From: Bacillota bacterium
GTDB taxonomy: Bacteria; Bacillota; Clostridia; Lachnospirales; Bianqueaceae
Direction of reading: 5' to 3'
Assembly (NCBI GenBank): GCA_017442735.1
Contig: JAFRZE010000072.1
Coordinates: 185,838-249,837 of the forward strand
DNA: 64,000 bases
Below are positions 18,830 to 27,956 of this stretch, piece after piece. Every line of letters begins with the position of its first letter. Within the stretch, counting starts at the first letter, position 1. The position numbers and the translations under genes are program-made. Under the pieces are notes generated by a model. The model worked only from the letters and a program-made list of their open reading frames with translations. It was not told where the DNA came from and made no database searches.

Positions 18830-19660
18830 ATGAAAGTTTTAGATGCAGAATTTGTAAAAGGTTTTATTCAGATGGCGGAAGATGGCTGGCAAAAAGGCTG
18901 GCATGAAAGAAACGGCGGGAATCTTTCCTACCGGATCCGCCCCGAAGAGATCGAATCGGTCAAAGAAGAACTCGTTCCCGGCGAATGGATCAGCACGAAG
19001 ACTGAAGTTCCGCTGCTGGGCGGAGAGTATTTCCTGATCACCGGCACCGGCCGTTATTTCCAGAACGTCATCCGTAAACCCGCGGAATCCTTTGGTATTA
19101 TCGAGCTGGATGAGGCCGGCGCCAACTACCGTATCTGCTGGGGTCTGGAAAATGGAGGCCGTCCCACCAGTGAGATCCCTACCCACCTGATGAATCATGA
19201 AGTGAAGTTCCGCGTGACCGGCGGCGCGCATCGTGTCATCTATCACTGCCATCCCGTCAATACCATCGCACTGACCTTTGTTCTGCCGCTGACAGATGAA
19301 GCCTTCACCCGCGAGATCTGGGAAATGATGACGGAATGTCCGGTCATCTTCCCCACCGGGATCGGTGTGGTTCCGTGGATGGTTCCCGGCGGACGCGCGA
19401 TCGGCGTGGAGACCTCTAAACTGATGGAACAGTATGACGCCGCTATCTGGGCCCATCACGGCATGTTCTGCTCCGGCCCTGATTTCGATACGACCTTCGG
19501 TCTGATGCATACTGTCGAGAAGGCCGCGGAGACTCTGGTCAAAGTGATCTCCATGACCGGCGGAAAGAAACGTCAGACCATCACACCGCAGGACTTCCGC
19601 GATCTGGCTGTTGACTTCAACCTGACTCTGCCGGAGAAATTCCTGTTTGAAAAAGAGTAA
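18830..19660 (+). CDS. rhaD: Rhamnulose-1-phosphate aldolase (class II aldolase)
   Basis: 276 aa. WHERNGGNLSYRI, GTGRYFQNV and TSEIPTHLMNH match E. coli RhaD (WDERNGGNLTLRL, GSGKFFRNV, TSELPAHFLSH). Confidence 0.85.
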   Translation: MKVLDAEFVKGFIQMAEDGWQKGWHERNGGNLSYRIRPEEIESVKEELVPGEWISTKTEVPLLGGEYFLITGTGRYFQNVIRKPAESFGIIELDEAGANYRICWGLENGGRPTSEIPTHLMNHEVKFRVTGGAHRVIYHCHPVNTIALTFVLPLTDEAFTREIWEMMTECPVIFPTGIGVVPWMVPGGRAIGVETSKLMEQYDAAIWAHHGMFCSGPDFDTTFGLMHTVEKAAETLVKVISMTGGKKRQTITPQDFRDLAVDFNLTLPEKFLFEKE

Positions 19661-19684
19661 TCAATCATCTTCCAGAAAAACACA

Positions 19685-19722
19685 AAAGCGGGAGCTCTAT
19701 CATTGAACTCTCGCTTTTGTTA
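19685..19722 (+). terminator. Rho-independent terminator after rhaD
   Basis: AAAAGCGGGAG ... CTCTCGCTTTTGTT: stem plus U-tract. Confidence 0.7.
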
Positions 19723-19770
19723 TGCAAACATATATCCATGCAAATTAGCTTACATCAAAACATGTATGTT

Positions 19771-20256
19771 TTACGGTAATTCCACGTCTTTCCCGGCACT
19801 CAGATATCTCAGATGAAAACTGGTGGATGTGTCCTTGATATCATTATAGCCGATCGTCACACCGTACTTTTCCGACACATCCAGCGCTTTATCTCCAAAA
19901 CCATATACATAGTGATAATGCGGATGTGAATCTTCGACCAGTTTCGGTTTTCGCCCTGCTACCCACTTCTCATCCTGGAGATAATAAGCCTTTTCTTCTA
20001 CTTTTTTGATCGTGCTGCCCGAAGGCATGGCCTTTATTTTCTTTTTTTCGCCGGAACCTTTTATATAAGAATCTTCCCATACACCGTTTTGCAGCTTTCC
20101 TATAAAGGTTTCCACGACCTTTCCCTTTTTCATTACTGCGAACCAGAATACATTTTCTTTGCCGCCGATGACATGATCCACATCATTCTGATACGCCTGG
20201 TAAAATTCAAAACCCTGGTTTTCATCCACCAGTTGGATAAAGCGTTCCTCTGGCAT
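19771..20256 (-). CDS. Hypothetical cytoplasmic protein (161 aa)
   Basis: Good RBS GGGAGGA. No signal peptide. Lower local GC than its neighbours. Lies 11 nt downstream of the lipoprotein gene. Confidence 0.5.
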   Translation of the reverse strand: MPEERFIQLVDENQGFEFYQAYQNDVDHVIGGKENVFWFAVMKKGKVVETFIGKLQNGVWEDSYIKGSGEKKKIKAMPSGSTIKKVEEKAYYLQDEKWVAGRKPKLVEDSHPHYHYVYGFGDKALDVSEKYGVTIGYNDIKDTSTSFHLRYLSAGKDVELP

Positions 20257-20267
20257 GGTTTTCCTCC

Positions 20268-20891
20268 CTACTGTGCTTCCAGACCTTTCATGATCTGATT
20301 CAATTCTGAATCGGATTTTCCCTGAAGTTCGTCGGCTGCGTAAAATCTGGTCAAAAGTGTCGCGATAGCTTTTCCGTTATAGGTAAAAACTAAATCGTAG
20401 TAGCCTGGGTTCTGATCCTCTGGGTTGAGATAGAAGGGTGCGTAAGCATCTTCCTCATCTCCGGAGACTTCCGCATACGCCGCCAGACCTTTCATCTCCT
20501 CAGAAAATTTCATTTTCTCATACTGGCCTTGATCCTCGTTATGAACAAATACCCAGACACAAAGCTTGGATTTATCACCGGATACTTCGGGATATATTTC
20601 TACCCATTCATCCAGCTCAAAGATACAGCGAATTCCCTCCGTTGCTGCTTTCTTTTCGTTGAATTCTGTGCTTCCGGCAAGGTTCCCGCTGATCCGAAGA
20701 CTTTTCAGAACCGGTTCTTCCCCTTCTTTCAGCCCGATCAAATACAGCTTGCCGGGAAGACGAGCCTCTTCCGCCTGACTGCCAGTCGTTGTTTCTTCCG
20801 TAGTTTCCTTGGTTTCCTTTTTGCTGCAGGCCGTCAGGGTGATCAGCATGACGCCGATCAGCAGCCAGCAAATGGTTCGTTTCATAGACAT
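20268..20891 (-). CDS. Lipoprotein of unknown function
   Basis: Signal peptide plus lipobox LTAC-S. Thr/Glu-rich linker. Several in-frame ATGs at 20885-20897; RBS AAAGGAGGA. Confidence 0.6.
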   Translation of the reverse strand: MSMKRTICWLLIGVMLITLTACSKKETKETTEETTTGSQAEEARLPGKLYLIGLKEGEEPVLKSLRISGNLAGSTEFNEKKAATEGIRCIFELDEWVEIYPEVSGDKSKLCVWVFVHNEDQGQYEKMKFSEEMKGLAAYAEVSGDEEDAYAPFYLNPEDQNPGYYDLVFTYNGKAIATLLTRFYAADELQGKSDSELNQIMKGLEAQ

Positions 20892-20893
20892 CA

Positions 20894-21754
20894 TCATTCC
20901 TCCTTTGATGGGTCAAATTCTTCTTCTACACTATAATCAACGGTATCGGAAAAGTGCCACCATTCTCCCGAATATGGTTCAAATCCAGCATCGATCATGA
21001 CATCTTCCAGCAGAAGGGCATTGATCGTCTCAACTTCCGTGCAGTCGGAATAGTCACGATCTGCACGATATGAGAAATCATCAAACCCTGTCGGCATCTC
21101 CACTTCATTTCCGTCCAGCGTTATGATGGTCAGATCCACGGTGTTCCCACAACTGTGCAATGAGTACCCTGTGATGGGATTCGCGACATACCGCGGATCC
21201 GGGCAGACCTCCCAGAGAACATACTGCGCTGAAACCGGACGAAACGCGTCCCAGATCAGCAGCTTGTAGCCCAGCTCCTTCAAAGCTTCCTGCGCCTCAG
21301 CCAGTTTTTTCACCGTACCATAGCGAAGGTATGCTTCCGTGAAATCATAAATGACCGCGCCTGTAAAGTTCTGATCGGTCGCGTACATGAGCATCACTTC
21401 CACATCAGGGATATAGTCTTTCACCCTCACAAAATCTTCGTCATCCGGTTCCACTGCAGATTCTGCCGGTTCTTCCGATTCCTCTGTCGACTCTTCCGCA
21501 GGCTCACTCTGCGACGATCCTTCGCTGTCTTCCGCTTCACTGGCAGAGTCTGTCTTGATCTCTGGTACTTTCTTGCCCTCTCTGGCCTCTGATTCTTCTT
21601 CCTGTGCTTCAGAAACCTCAGAGATCATCTCTTCCACAGGCTGACTGCTTACCTCATCGAGTTCATCAGTTTTTTCTCGGCACCCTGATACCAGGAGCAG
21701 CAAGAATCCCGCTGTCATTCCTACCACAAGTAATCTGAAAAGCCATCTGCGCAT
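20894..21754 (-). CDS. Exported D-Ala-D-Ala dipeptidase-like M15 metallopeptidase (DdpX/VanX family) lipoprotein
   Basis: Signal peptide + LVSGC lipobox; Glu/Ser-rich linker. The catalytic domain IWDAFRPVSAQYVLWEVCPDPRYVANP...HSCGNTVDL...GEWWHF parallels E. coli DdpX (IYDAYRPQQAQAMLWQACPDPQYV ... HSRGTAIDL ... SEWWHF). Confidence 0.75.
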   Translation of the reverse strand: MRRWLFRLLVVGMTAGFLLLLVSGCREKTDELDEVSSQPVEEMISEVSEAQEEESEAREGKKVPEIKTDSASEAEDSEGSSQSEPAEESTEESEEPAESAVEPDDEDFVRVKDYIPDVEVMLMYATDQNFTGAVIYDFTEAYLRYGTVKKLAEAQEALKELGYKLLIWDAFRPVSAQYVLWEVCPDPRYVANPITGYSLHSCGNTVDLTIITLDGNEVEMPTGFDDFSYRADRDYSDCTEVETINALLLEDVMIDAGFEPYSGEWWHFSDTVDYSVEEEFDPSKEE

Positions 21755-23028
21755 CAGTTAAAAATCACCTCTGAGATCAACGTGTCGTCGAACTCGGTTC
21801 CCTTATAGACACTTTGTATGTAAATCGTCACACTTGAGGCGTAGTGCATTGGCTCGAAGGTAAGTACCTGAGATTTCATCACATCCTCGAACGGAACGAG
21901 CTCGCTGCTCACTCCATCCGGTCCGTCAAAAACGATCAGCAATTCCTTCGGGCGGGAATTTTCACCAAAGAGTTTCTCGCTCTTATGATATCCGGCATAG
22001 ATCTCTATCTTCTGGATATAATAACTGCCGTCAAACTCTACTTTCACCCATTCATTTTCTCCGTACCCATCCACGCCTTCACACCAGGCGTTTTCAAGCG
22101 TGCCGTCACAGATCATCGCGCCGGAATGATCGAGCCCGAGATTTGATTCGTCCAGTTCGGAAGAGGCTGTGATTTTCACGATCGACGGAGATACGATCTC
22201 AACAGGCACGGAGGATTCAGTTTCTGGTTCTGATTCTTCCACTGGTTCTGAAGGCTCCGGTTCAGAAGATTCTGATGTCTCCAAGGATTCCGCCTCTGAT
22301 ACTTCCACCGGCTCCGAGACCTCAGGCTCTGAGACCTCAGGCTGCGAGGACTCAGGCTTGGATTCTTCCACTGGCGGTGTCTCCTCTACAGTTTCAGGCT
22401 CCGATGTTCCCCCACTGATCAATGATTCTTCCTCACTGCGAAGCTTTTCTACCTGTTCATCGCGGATCCTGGATAATTCTTCCCTGGGAAGATTGGCAAA
22501 CAGTGAGTCATGCATCGAGTTGAACCTCTTGTTCTGCGGCATATATCCGCCGCACCGTTTGACCATCCTTTCATCCGTATCATACAGCATCAGATAGAGA
22601 GAATACCCATCGCAGACATCCATTTCCGGCTCCGGATCGAGCAGATAGAGTTCTTCCCGGTCGATCGCTTTTTCAATGTTCTGATATTGCTCATCCGTCA
22701 GAGTCACGGTAGCGATCAGACCCCAGTCTTCCGCGGAATAGTTCTCGACTTTTGTCGGCAAATAAACCAGCACGGTATGATCCGTACAAATGATCAGTTC
22801 CGCACTGAGACAGTCAAAGTATTCACCCCAGCTGCTTCCGCCGTAATAGGTACCCACCAGATACTTCGAAGAAAACTCGGGCACTTCGACTACTTCGCCT
22901 CCGCTGCTCTCTTCTTCCTTTTTTATATCTTTTCCTTTATCCCTGTCCTCGATGCCATCCGTTTTCATACATCCCGCGGAAAAGACCATCAGCAGGACGA
23001 GGAAAAGAATAAACCATGTCTTTTTCAT
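21754..23028 (-). CDS. Lipoprotein with acidic SE/PE-rich low-complexity linker and C-terminal beta-sandwich (discoidin/F5-8-like) domain
   Basis: Signal peptide, AGC lipobox, repeats PEVSEPEVSEPVEVSE. C-terminal GLDHSGAMICDGTLENAWCEGVDGYGENEWVKVEF is typical of galactose-binding-like domains. TGATG overlap with the downstream gene. Confidence 0.55.
   Translation of the reverse strand: MKKTWFILFLVLLMVFSAGCMKTDGIEDRDKGKDIKKEEESSGGEVVEVPEFSSKYLVGTYYGGSSWGEYFDCLSAELIICTDHTVLVYLPTKVENYSAEDWGLIATVTLTDEQYQNIEKAIDREELYLLDPEPEMDVCDGYSLYLMLYDTDERMVKRCGGYMPQNKRFNSMHDSLFANLPREELSRIRDEQVEKLRSEEESLISGGTSEPETVEETPPVEESKPESSQPEVSEPEVSEPVEVSEAESLETSESSEPEPSEPVEESEPETESSVPVEIVSPSIVKITASSELDESNLGLDHSGAMICDGTLENAWCEGVDGYGENEWVKVEFDGSYYIQKIEIYAGYHKSEKLFGENSRPKELLIVFDGPDGVSSELVPFEDVMKSQVLTFEPMHYASSVTIYIQSVYKGTEFDDTLISEVIFN
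22300..22365. repeat. Short tandem DNA repeat (about 15 bp unit, about 3 copies) encoding the acidic linker
   Basis: ctccgagacctcaggctctgagacctcaggctgcgaggactcaggc: imperfect tandem copies of gagacctcaggctct. Confidence 0.5.
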
Positions 23029-23041
23029 ACAACGTTACCTT

Positions 23042-24226
23042 TCAGATCGAGCTTAATAATACATATATCCAGTGTGCGACGATCCCCGCGGCCAGTCCTC
23101 CGATCGTGTGAGAAAAAATCGCTTTCCCGATCAGCTTTTTACAGTTCAGTGTGTCCATCATGGATGCATGTGTACTTAAATAGCCGCTCCAGCACATACA
23201 CATGGCTGTACAGACGGCGATATCACCCGGCTGGATCATGCCCTGATTCACAAGACTGGTCGTCAGACTCATCGAGGCGCCGGCGGCTCCCAGTGCAGTC
23301 ACCGGTATACCGATCGCCTCCGGTGAAGAGAATCCAAACAGTGGCTTCAGCAGGAAATCGACTTTTTCCGCCAGCATCGGCAACAGCCGAATCCCTTCGT
23401 AGGCACCGCCGGTATACGCTCCACTCGCGGACGGACCGTTGATCAGCATCATCACCAGAGTACAGATCACAAGGACGCCCGGTACGATGGAAACACCCAT
23501 CTTCACGCCGCTGTGCCCGCCTTCGAGGATCGCTCCCATGATCCGGCCTCCCAGACCTCCGTCCCGGATGGGCCGCATCTTTTCAGGAAAATCGGATTCC
23601 TCTTTTTCCGCCGCCGGTTCATCTGCCCGATCCCCGTAATATTTCCGGCAGAAAACAAGCATGATTCTGGTACTGATGATACTTCCGACAAACGCGCCAA
23701 AAAGGCCGACCAGTACCGGCATGCCAAGTCCGACGCCCATCGTGGGCGAAAGGCTGTACATATACGTACAGACGATCAGACCCATGCCGTAAGCGGTTCC
23801 CAGATTCGTCAGAGCCGGGAACTGATAATTCTTGAAGAAATGCTTGAAGTTCTTATCTTCTGTCAGTGCCAGGATCGCCGGATTATCAGAAAGAAATGTC
23901 GAAACCACACCAAGAGCAGCCGCACCGGGCAGACCAAAAACCGGTTTCATAAGCGGCTGCAGGAGGCGATTGACCAGCGAAACGAATCCGAATTCGGAAA
24001 GCAGCGCTGAGATCGCGCCCATGAGAACACAAATCGCAGTAATATAAAGGACCGTATCGATCAGCAGCCGATAAGCGGTATTCATGATCGTATTCAGTGT
24101 ATTGGCCAGTCCCATCTGACTGGCAAGTAGAACGAAAATACCAATAAATACGACCGGGAATATAAATGTCTCTGCACCAAGTTCTTTCTTATAAGATGTG
24201 CCCTTGATCCTGATCACTTCACGCAT
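23042..24226 (-). CDS. Nucleoside-recognition (Gate) domain membrane protein, YjiH/SpmA-like
   Basis: About 10 TM helices. Glycine-rich gate-like segments (GLPGAAALGVVSTFLSDNPA; GIPVTALGAAGASM). Confidence 0.5.
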   Translation of the reverse strand: MREVIRIKGTSYKKELGAETFIFPVVFIGIFVLLASQMGLANTLNTIMNTAYRLLIDTVLYITAICVLMGAISALLSEFGFVSLVNRLLQPLMKPVFGLPGAAALGVVSTFLSDNPAILALTEDKNFKHFFKNYQFPALTNLGTAYGMGLIVCTYMYSLSPTMGVGLGMPVLVGLFGAFVGSIISTRIMLVFCRKYYGDRADEPAAEKEESDFPEKMRPIRDGGLGGRIMGAILEGGHSGVKMGVSIVPGVLVICTLVMMLINGPSASGAYTGGAYEGIRLLPMLAEKVDFLLKPLFGFSSPEAIGIPVTALGAAGASMSLTTSLVNQGMIQPGDIAVCTAMCMCWSGYLSTHASMMDTLNCKKLIGKAIFSHTIGGLAAGIVAHWIYVLLSSI

Positions 24227-24329
24227 GTCAGCATCTCCAAAAAAGTAATAATCATTCCATCAGAAACAATTGTAAACCGAAATAGAAGAAAGTCAATGAA
24301 AAAGTCAGAATTCTCGGTATTCCGTCCGG

Positions 24330-24358
24330 TTGATTTTGCTTTGCCACTTCGATATAAT
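24330..24358 (+). promoter_or_regulatory. Near-consensus sigma-A promoter TTGATT-17-TATAAT driving the ABC exporter operon
   Basis: TTGATT at 24330-24335, 17-nt spacer, TATAAT at 24353-24358, about 30 nt upstream of the ATG at 24390. Confidence 0.65.
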
Positions 24359-24389
24359 CAAAGAACCATTTGCTCTAAAAGGATTTGAA

Positions 24390-26126
24390 ATGAAACGATT
24401 AACGACTTATATTCGCCCGTATAAAAAAGAATGCGTGATCGCGCCGCTTCTGAAATGTATGGAAGCGCTGGTCGACCTGTTCGTCCCGCTGTGTATGGCG
24501 GACCTGGTCGATATCGGAATCCATGATAACAACGTGCCTTACATCTGGCGGATCGGGCTCATTCTGTTCGGCCTTGCACTTCTGGGGCTTGCGTTTTCCG
24601 TCATCGCCCAGTGGTTCGCGGCCAAGGCCGCTACCGGCTTCGCGGCCGGACTTCGCCGGGATACCTTCCATCATATCCAGACATTCTCCTTCTCGAGTAC
24701 GGATCAGATCGGCACAGACACTCTGATCACCCGTCTTACTTCCGATATCAATCAGACGCAGACCGGTATCAACATGGGGCTTCGTCTGCTCCTTCGTTCT
24801 CCGTTTATCGTCTTCGGTGCGATGATCATGGCATTCCGGGTCGACGTACCGTCCGCCTGGATCTTCGCTGTCACGATCCCCGTCCTGGCGATCATTGTTT
24901 ACGGGATCATGTGGATCACGATCCCGCTGTACAAAAAGGTACAGTCACAACTGGACAGCGTCGTCTCCTCCACCCGTGAGAATCTGACCGGTGTGCGTGT
25001 CATCCGTGCGTTCCGACTGCAGGAACAGGAACGAAATAGCTTTGAAGAAAAAACTGATCTTTTGACGATCGCTTCGGAAAAAGTCGGTCGTTTCTCCGCG
25101 CTGACCAATCCGCTCACCTACGTGATCATCAACCTGGCGACCGCCTATCTGATCTATCAAGGCGCCTTGCGTGTCAACATAGGTTCTCTGACGCAGGGAC
25201 AGGTCATCGCGCTCTTAAATTACATGGCGCAGATCCTGGTCGAACTGGTCAAGCTGGCGAATCTGATCGTTACTCTTACCAAAGCCGTCGCAAGTGCCGG
25301 CCGTGTGGAAGCGATCCTGTTGACGGAAAGTGACATGAGAGATGGAACGAAAGACTTTCCGGAAGATACGACGGTTCGGTTTGACCATGTTTCTTTCACT
25401 TATAAAGCAGCCAGTGAAGAATCCCTGACAGATATCTCCTTCTGCGCGAATCCCGGGGAAACGATCGGTATCATTGGCGGTACCGGCAGCGGTAAAACTA
25501 CGCTCGTCAATCTGATCCCAAGGTTCTATGACGCTAGCGGCGGGCAGATCACGATCGGCGGTAAAGATATCCGGGAGCTCAGGCTTTCCGGTATCCGTTC
25601 CTCCATTGCGGATGTGCTTCAGAAAGCGCTTCTTTTCCGCGGTACGATTCGCGATAATATGCATTTCGGCCTTCCCGGCGCTTCCGATGAAGAGATCTGG
25701 GATGCGCTTAAGGCCGCGCAGGCCGCGGAGTTCGTTTTAACAAAGCCTGCTCTTCTTGACGCGCCCATCGAGCAGGGAGGCCGCAATCTCTCCGGCGGTC
25801 AGCGCCAGCGTCTGACGATCGCCCGCGCGCTGGTTCGTAAACCGAAGATCCTGATCCTTGATGATTCCGCGTCAGCGCTTGACTTTGCTACGGACGCGGC
25901 ACTGCGTCACGCGATCAAAGAACTGCCTGATCATCCTACGACGTTCATTGTTTCTCAAAGGGTCTCTTCCATCATGTACGCGGATCAGATCCTTGTACTC
26001 GATCGCGGTGCCCTGGCCGGAAAGGGAAGGCATGAAGAACTGCTGCGCACCTGCCATATCTACCGCGAGATCTATGAGACACAGATCCGGAAAGAATCGG
26101 AAGGAAAGGAGGTGACCAGGTCATGA
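24390..26126 (+). CDS. ABC exporter ATP-binding/permease subunit (type I exporter; degenerate Walker-B half)
   Basis: 6-TM domain plus NBD. Walker A GGTGSGKTT, signature LSGGQRQR, Walker B ILILDDSAS with the catalytic Glu replaced by Asp. Start at MKRL with RBS AAAGGAT. Confidence 0.85.
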   Translation: MKRLTTYIRPYKKECVIAPLLKCMEALVDLFVPLCMADLVDIGIHDNNVPYIWRIGLILFGLALLGLAFSVIAQWFAAKAATGFAAGLRRDTFHHIQTFSFSSTDQIGTDTLITRLTSDINQTQTGINMGLRLLLRSPFIVFGAMIMAFRVDVPSAWIFAVTIPVLAIIVYGIMWITIPLYKKVQSQLDSVVSSTRENLTGVRVIRAFRLQEQERNSFEEKTDLLTIASEKVGRFSALTNPLTYVIINLATAYLIYQGALRVNIGSLTQGQVIALLNYMAQILVELVKLANLIVTLTKAVASAGRVEAILLTESDMRDGTKDFPEDTTVRFDHVSFTYKAASEESLTDISFCANPGETIGIIGGTGSGKTTLVNLIPRFYDASGGQITIGGKDIRELRLSGIRSSIADVLQKALLFRGTIRDNMHFGLPGASDEEIWDALKAAQAAEFVLTKPALLDAPIEQGGRNLSGGQRQRLTIARALVRKPKILILDDSASALDFATDAALRHAIKELPDHPTTFIVSQRVSSIMYADQILVLDRGALAGKGRHEELLRTCHIYREIYETQIRKESEGKEVTRS

Positions 26127-27871
26127 AAAAAGCAGGCAATGAAAAACAGATCATGAAAAAAGTCCTGAAGTACGTGCACAGGCATCTGCCGCTGGTCATC
26201 ATCTCGATTCTCTTTTCCGCTTTTGTTGTCGCGTTAACGCTTTACCTGCCTATCCTGCAGGGCCGTGCCATTGATAAGATCATCGGAAAGGGACAGGTCG
26301 ATCTACAAGGTCTTGTCCGGATCCTGCTCATTATGGGCGGGACGGCCCTTGTCACAGGGCTTTTGCAGTGGCTGCAGAATATCATCAATAACCGAGTCAC
26401 CTTCCGTGTAGTCAAAAGCCTTCGGGACGACGCGTTCCGAAAGATCGAGACCCTTCCCCTTTCCTATCTGGACGCGCATCCTTCCGGCGATATCGTCAGC
26501 CGGGTGATCGCGGATGCCGATCAGTTCTCTGACGGACTGCTGATGGGCTTCACTCAGCTGTTTTCCGGCGTCCTGATGATCCTGGGAACGCTTGTCTTCA
26601 TGTTCTCCATCAGCTGGCAGGTCGCGGTCCTGGTCGTGGTCCTGACTCCGGTTTCTCTCTTTGTCGCCAAGTATATCGCGGAGCATACGTATCAGCATTT
26701 CAGGAAGCAGAGCGAGATCCGCGGAAAACAGACCGCGCTCATCGATGAGATGGTCGGTGGTCAGAAGGTCGTGCAGGCCTACGGGCAGGAAGAGAGCGTT
26801 CAGGCCAGGTTTGACGAGATCAACGAAGACCTTCAGAAAAGCTCTCTCAAGGCGGTGTTTTTCAGCTCCCTGACGAATCCGGTCACACGTTTCGTCAACT
26901 CGCTCGTCTATGCCGCTTCCGGTACGCTCGGCGCGTTCATGGTGCTTCGGGGTCATATCAGTGTCGGCCAGTTTTCCGCTGTTTTGTCCTATGCCAATCA
27001 GTATTCCAAACCATTCAACGAGATCAGCAGCGTGGTCACGGAACTGCAGAACGCGATCGCCTGTGCCGGAAGGCTTCTTGATCTGATCGAACTGGAAAGC
27101 GAAAAGGCGGATCCTTCTCCCGCAAAAGAGATCGAAGACTTCACAGGCAAGGTCGATATCGATCATGTGGACTTTTCCTATGTTCCGGAGTGTCCGCTTA
27201 TCCAGGATTTCAATCTTCATGTTCAGCCTGGTCAGAAGGTGGCGATCGTCGGGCCTACCGGCTGCGGAAAAACAACTCTGATCAATCTGCTGATGCGCTT
27301 TTATGATGTCAAATCCGGCGATATTGCCATTGAAGATACCAGTATCTATGACATGACACGCGACAATCTTCGCCGCGGATTCGGTATGGTGCTCCAGGAC
27401 ACCTGGATCAAAGAAGCTTCTGCCCGGGAGAACATCGCGATGGGCCGGCCCGATGCCACGGATGAGGAGATCATTGCGGCGGCCAAGGCAGCCCATGCGG
27501 ATTCCTTTATCCGCCGTCTGCCGCACGGATATGATACGATCCTGCACGATGGCTCCGACCTCAGTCAGGGACAAAGGCAGCTTCTTTGTATTGCCCGCGT
27601 TATGCTGGCGCTGCCGCCGATGCTGATCCTGGATGAGGCCACCAGTTCTATCGATACTCGTACGGAAATGCAGATCCAGCAAAGTTTCGACGCGCTGACC
27701 AAAGGCCGTACCAGCTTTGTCGTCGCGCACCGACTCTCCACGATCCGGACCGCCGATGTGATCCTGGTCATGAGAGATGGGAATATCGTCGAGACCGGCA
27801 CCCATCAGTCGCTTCTTGAAAAGGGCGGTTTCTATGCCAATCTGTATAACAGCCAGTTTGCCAGGAGTTGA
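26123..27871 (+). CDS. ABC exporter ATP-binding/permease subunit (partner; degenerate signature motif)
   Basis: Walker A GPTGCGKTT, Walker B LILDEATS, signature LSQGQRQL (Gly to Gln). ATGA overlap with the upstream subunit. Confidence 0.85.
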   Translation: MKKAGNEKQIMKKVLKYVHRHLPLVIISILFSAFVVALTLYLPILQGRAIDKIIGKGQVDLQGLVRILLIMGGTALVTGLLQWLQNIINNRVTFRVVKSLRDDAFRKIETLPLSYLDAHPSGDIVSRVIADADQFSDGLLMGFTQLFSGVLMILGTLVFMFSISWQVAVLVVVLTPVSLFVAKYIAEHTYQHFRKQSEIRGKQTALIDEMVGGQKVVQAYGQEESVQARFDEINEDLQKSSLKAVFFSSLTNPVTRFVNSLVYAASGTLGAFMVLRGHISVGQFSAVLSYANQYSKPFNEISSVVTELQNAIACAGRLLDLIELESEKADPSPAKEIEDFTGKVDIDHVDFSYVPECPLIQDFNLHVQPGQKVAIVGPTGCGKTTLINLLMRFYDVKSGDIAIEDTSIYDMTRDNLRRGFGMVLQDTWIKEASARENIAMGRPDATDEEIIAAAKAAHADSFIRRLPHGYDTILHDGSDLSQGQRQLLCIARVMLALPPMLILDEATSSIDTRTEMQIQQSFDALTKGRTSFVVAHRLSTIRTADVILVMRDGNIVETGTHQSLLEKGGFYANLYNSQFARS

Positions 27872-27956
27872 TTTTTGGAGGAACTCACAAGCGAATTTTC
27901 TCCCCGGATGTGATAAACTATGAAGGTAATTTTATCCCCACAATAGAGGAGGAACT

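Noticed and set aside
26303-27805. 500-aa ORF antisense to the second ABC exporter gene
   Set aside because: Arg/Asp/Gly-rich low-complexity translation typical of antisense frames in GC-rich coding DNA. The sense frame has unambiguous Walker/signature motifs.
27872-27956. Possible riboswitch or T-box leader before glyA
   Set aside because: An 85-nt leader is too short. No conserved riboswitch core sequences were recognised.
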